A DNA stretch of 64,000 nt from Marsupella aquatica (taxonomy: Eukaryota; Plantae; Marchantiophyta), in the NCBI GenBank assembly GCA_973895155.1, contig OZ316894.1:24116709-24180708 (forward strand), written 5' to 3'. A program made the translations under genes and the position numbers. A model generated the notes under the pieces. That model ran no database searches. It saw only the letters and a list, made by a program, of their open reading frames with translations, and was not told the origin of the DNA. This document shows, piece after piece, positions 63,332 to 64,000 of this stretch; position 1 is the first letter of the stretch; each line of letters opens with the position of its first letter.

Positions 63332-64000
63332 TGTGGACTAGCTCAAAATAGGGTATGTAAGAAACTCATCATTTTTTTGCTTTTTGTACAAGGATAGTAA
63401 GAAATACATTTTAGCATTAGTAAAGTACTTAGGGTTTGCAACCCTAAGTCACTAAGGAAGGATAGTAGGGAATCATGGAAGGGAAAAATATGTTGTTCTA
63501 AGAAGATGTAAAGGGATAAGTGAGGTCTTTATGGTAGGGCAGCAAATATTCTTTCCTTAGTTAGGATAGGCGACTAAGTCGGGACCGGAAAATGACCCAA
63601 CACCTGACATCTCATTTTTGGCTAATATTTCTCCCATGGGTGCGGGGAGGTCCCTAGGGAACCCTGAAAAATTATGAAGTGAAGTAGGGTCTCAACCTAG
63701 GAATTGTGAGTATTTTGGCTGAACTTAAAATAACCATCTAGCGGGTCCCGGAGAAATTAGCCAAGGGGTAGATATTTTTAGTTCGAGGTTAAAATTGGGT
63801 ATAGTATAGCCCATAATATCCCTTGAAAGTCTAAGAAGTAGTTTATCAACTTTGGTTAGTTTTTGGGAGCACCTCAAAGATTGGGAAAAGTAATGCAACA
63901 TATAGATATGGGCAAACTTAGGTATTTTTAGAAAAGTCAGTGCGGGGTATTTAGTGCGTTTGACAAATTCAGGAGGGAGTCCTATGTCCAAAAATCCCAT
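63332..64000 (+). mobile_element. Start of an LTR related to the one at 1-1712 (opposite orientation); runs off the right edge
   Basis: Starts TGTGGACTAGCTCA..ttttttgcttt. The block gggtctcaacctaggaattgtgagtattttggc..tagcgggtc matches the reverse complement of ~1310-1375. Confidence 0.65.

Larger units (their letters stand above)
37958..64000. mobile_element. CACTA element 2 (left end only; right TIR not found in the window)
   Basis: CACTAGAAGAAAACAGGGCCCTTTATGACC at 37958 resembles the CACTA-1 left end and sits exactly where the P-like ORF is cut (expected TSD TCA). It is followed by kilobases of ATGAC/GTCAT-rich repeats. The rightward extent is inferred. Confidence 0.7.

Noticed and set aside
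1-64000. LTRs at 1-1712 and 63332-64000 as the two ends of one retrotransposon
   Set aside because: They are inverted relative to each other and clearly diverged, so they are independent insertions of related families.

Overview
This window is repeat-dense, intron-containing land-plant DNA (probably a non-seed plant; inference). It is almost entirely nested transposons, and I found no intact host gene. Nest 1: a minus-strand Helitron (5' TC at 28940, broken Rep-Hel gene) is split by a TG..CA insertion with a 5-bp TSD (2031-23705). That insertion is itself split by a complete 18.1-kb CACTA element (4461-22605, TSD CTG). An LTR at 1-1712 cuts the Helitron again. Between the nests lies a probable non-autonomous Helitron (30112-33348). 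Nest 2: a decayed P-element/THAP9-like transposase (34876-37957) is truncated by a second CACTA (from 37958, right end not in the window). This second CACTA holds a palindrome-rich TIR element (38001-39789), tandem arrays, a complete third CACTA (45771-61561, TSD GGT) and another LTR (from 63332). Main discovery candidate: both complete CACTAs carry intact, intronless accessory genes made of host-derived 'reader' domains stripped of their catalytic partners. CACTA-1 has an EDM2-type composite PHD finger and a duplicated DNA polymerase lambda-like BRCT. CACTA-3 has an RNase H1-type hybrid-binding domain. This suggests a CACTA accessory toolkit aimed at host silencing and repair. All homology calls come from recalled motifs, not database searches.
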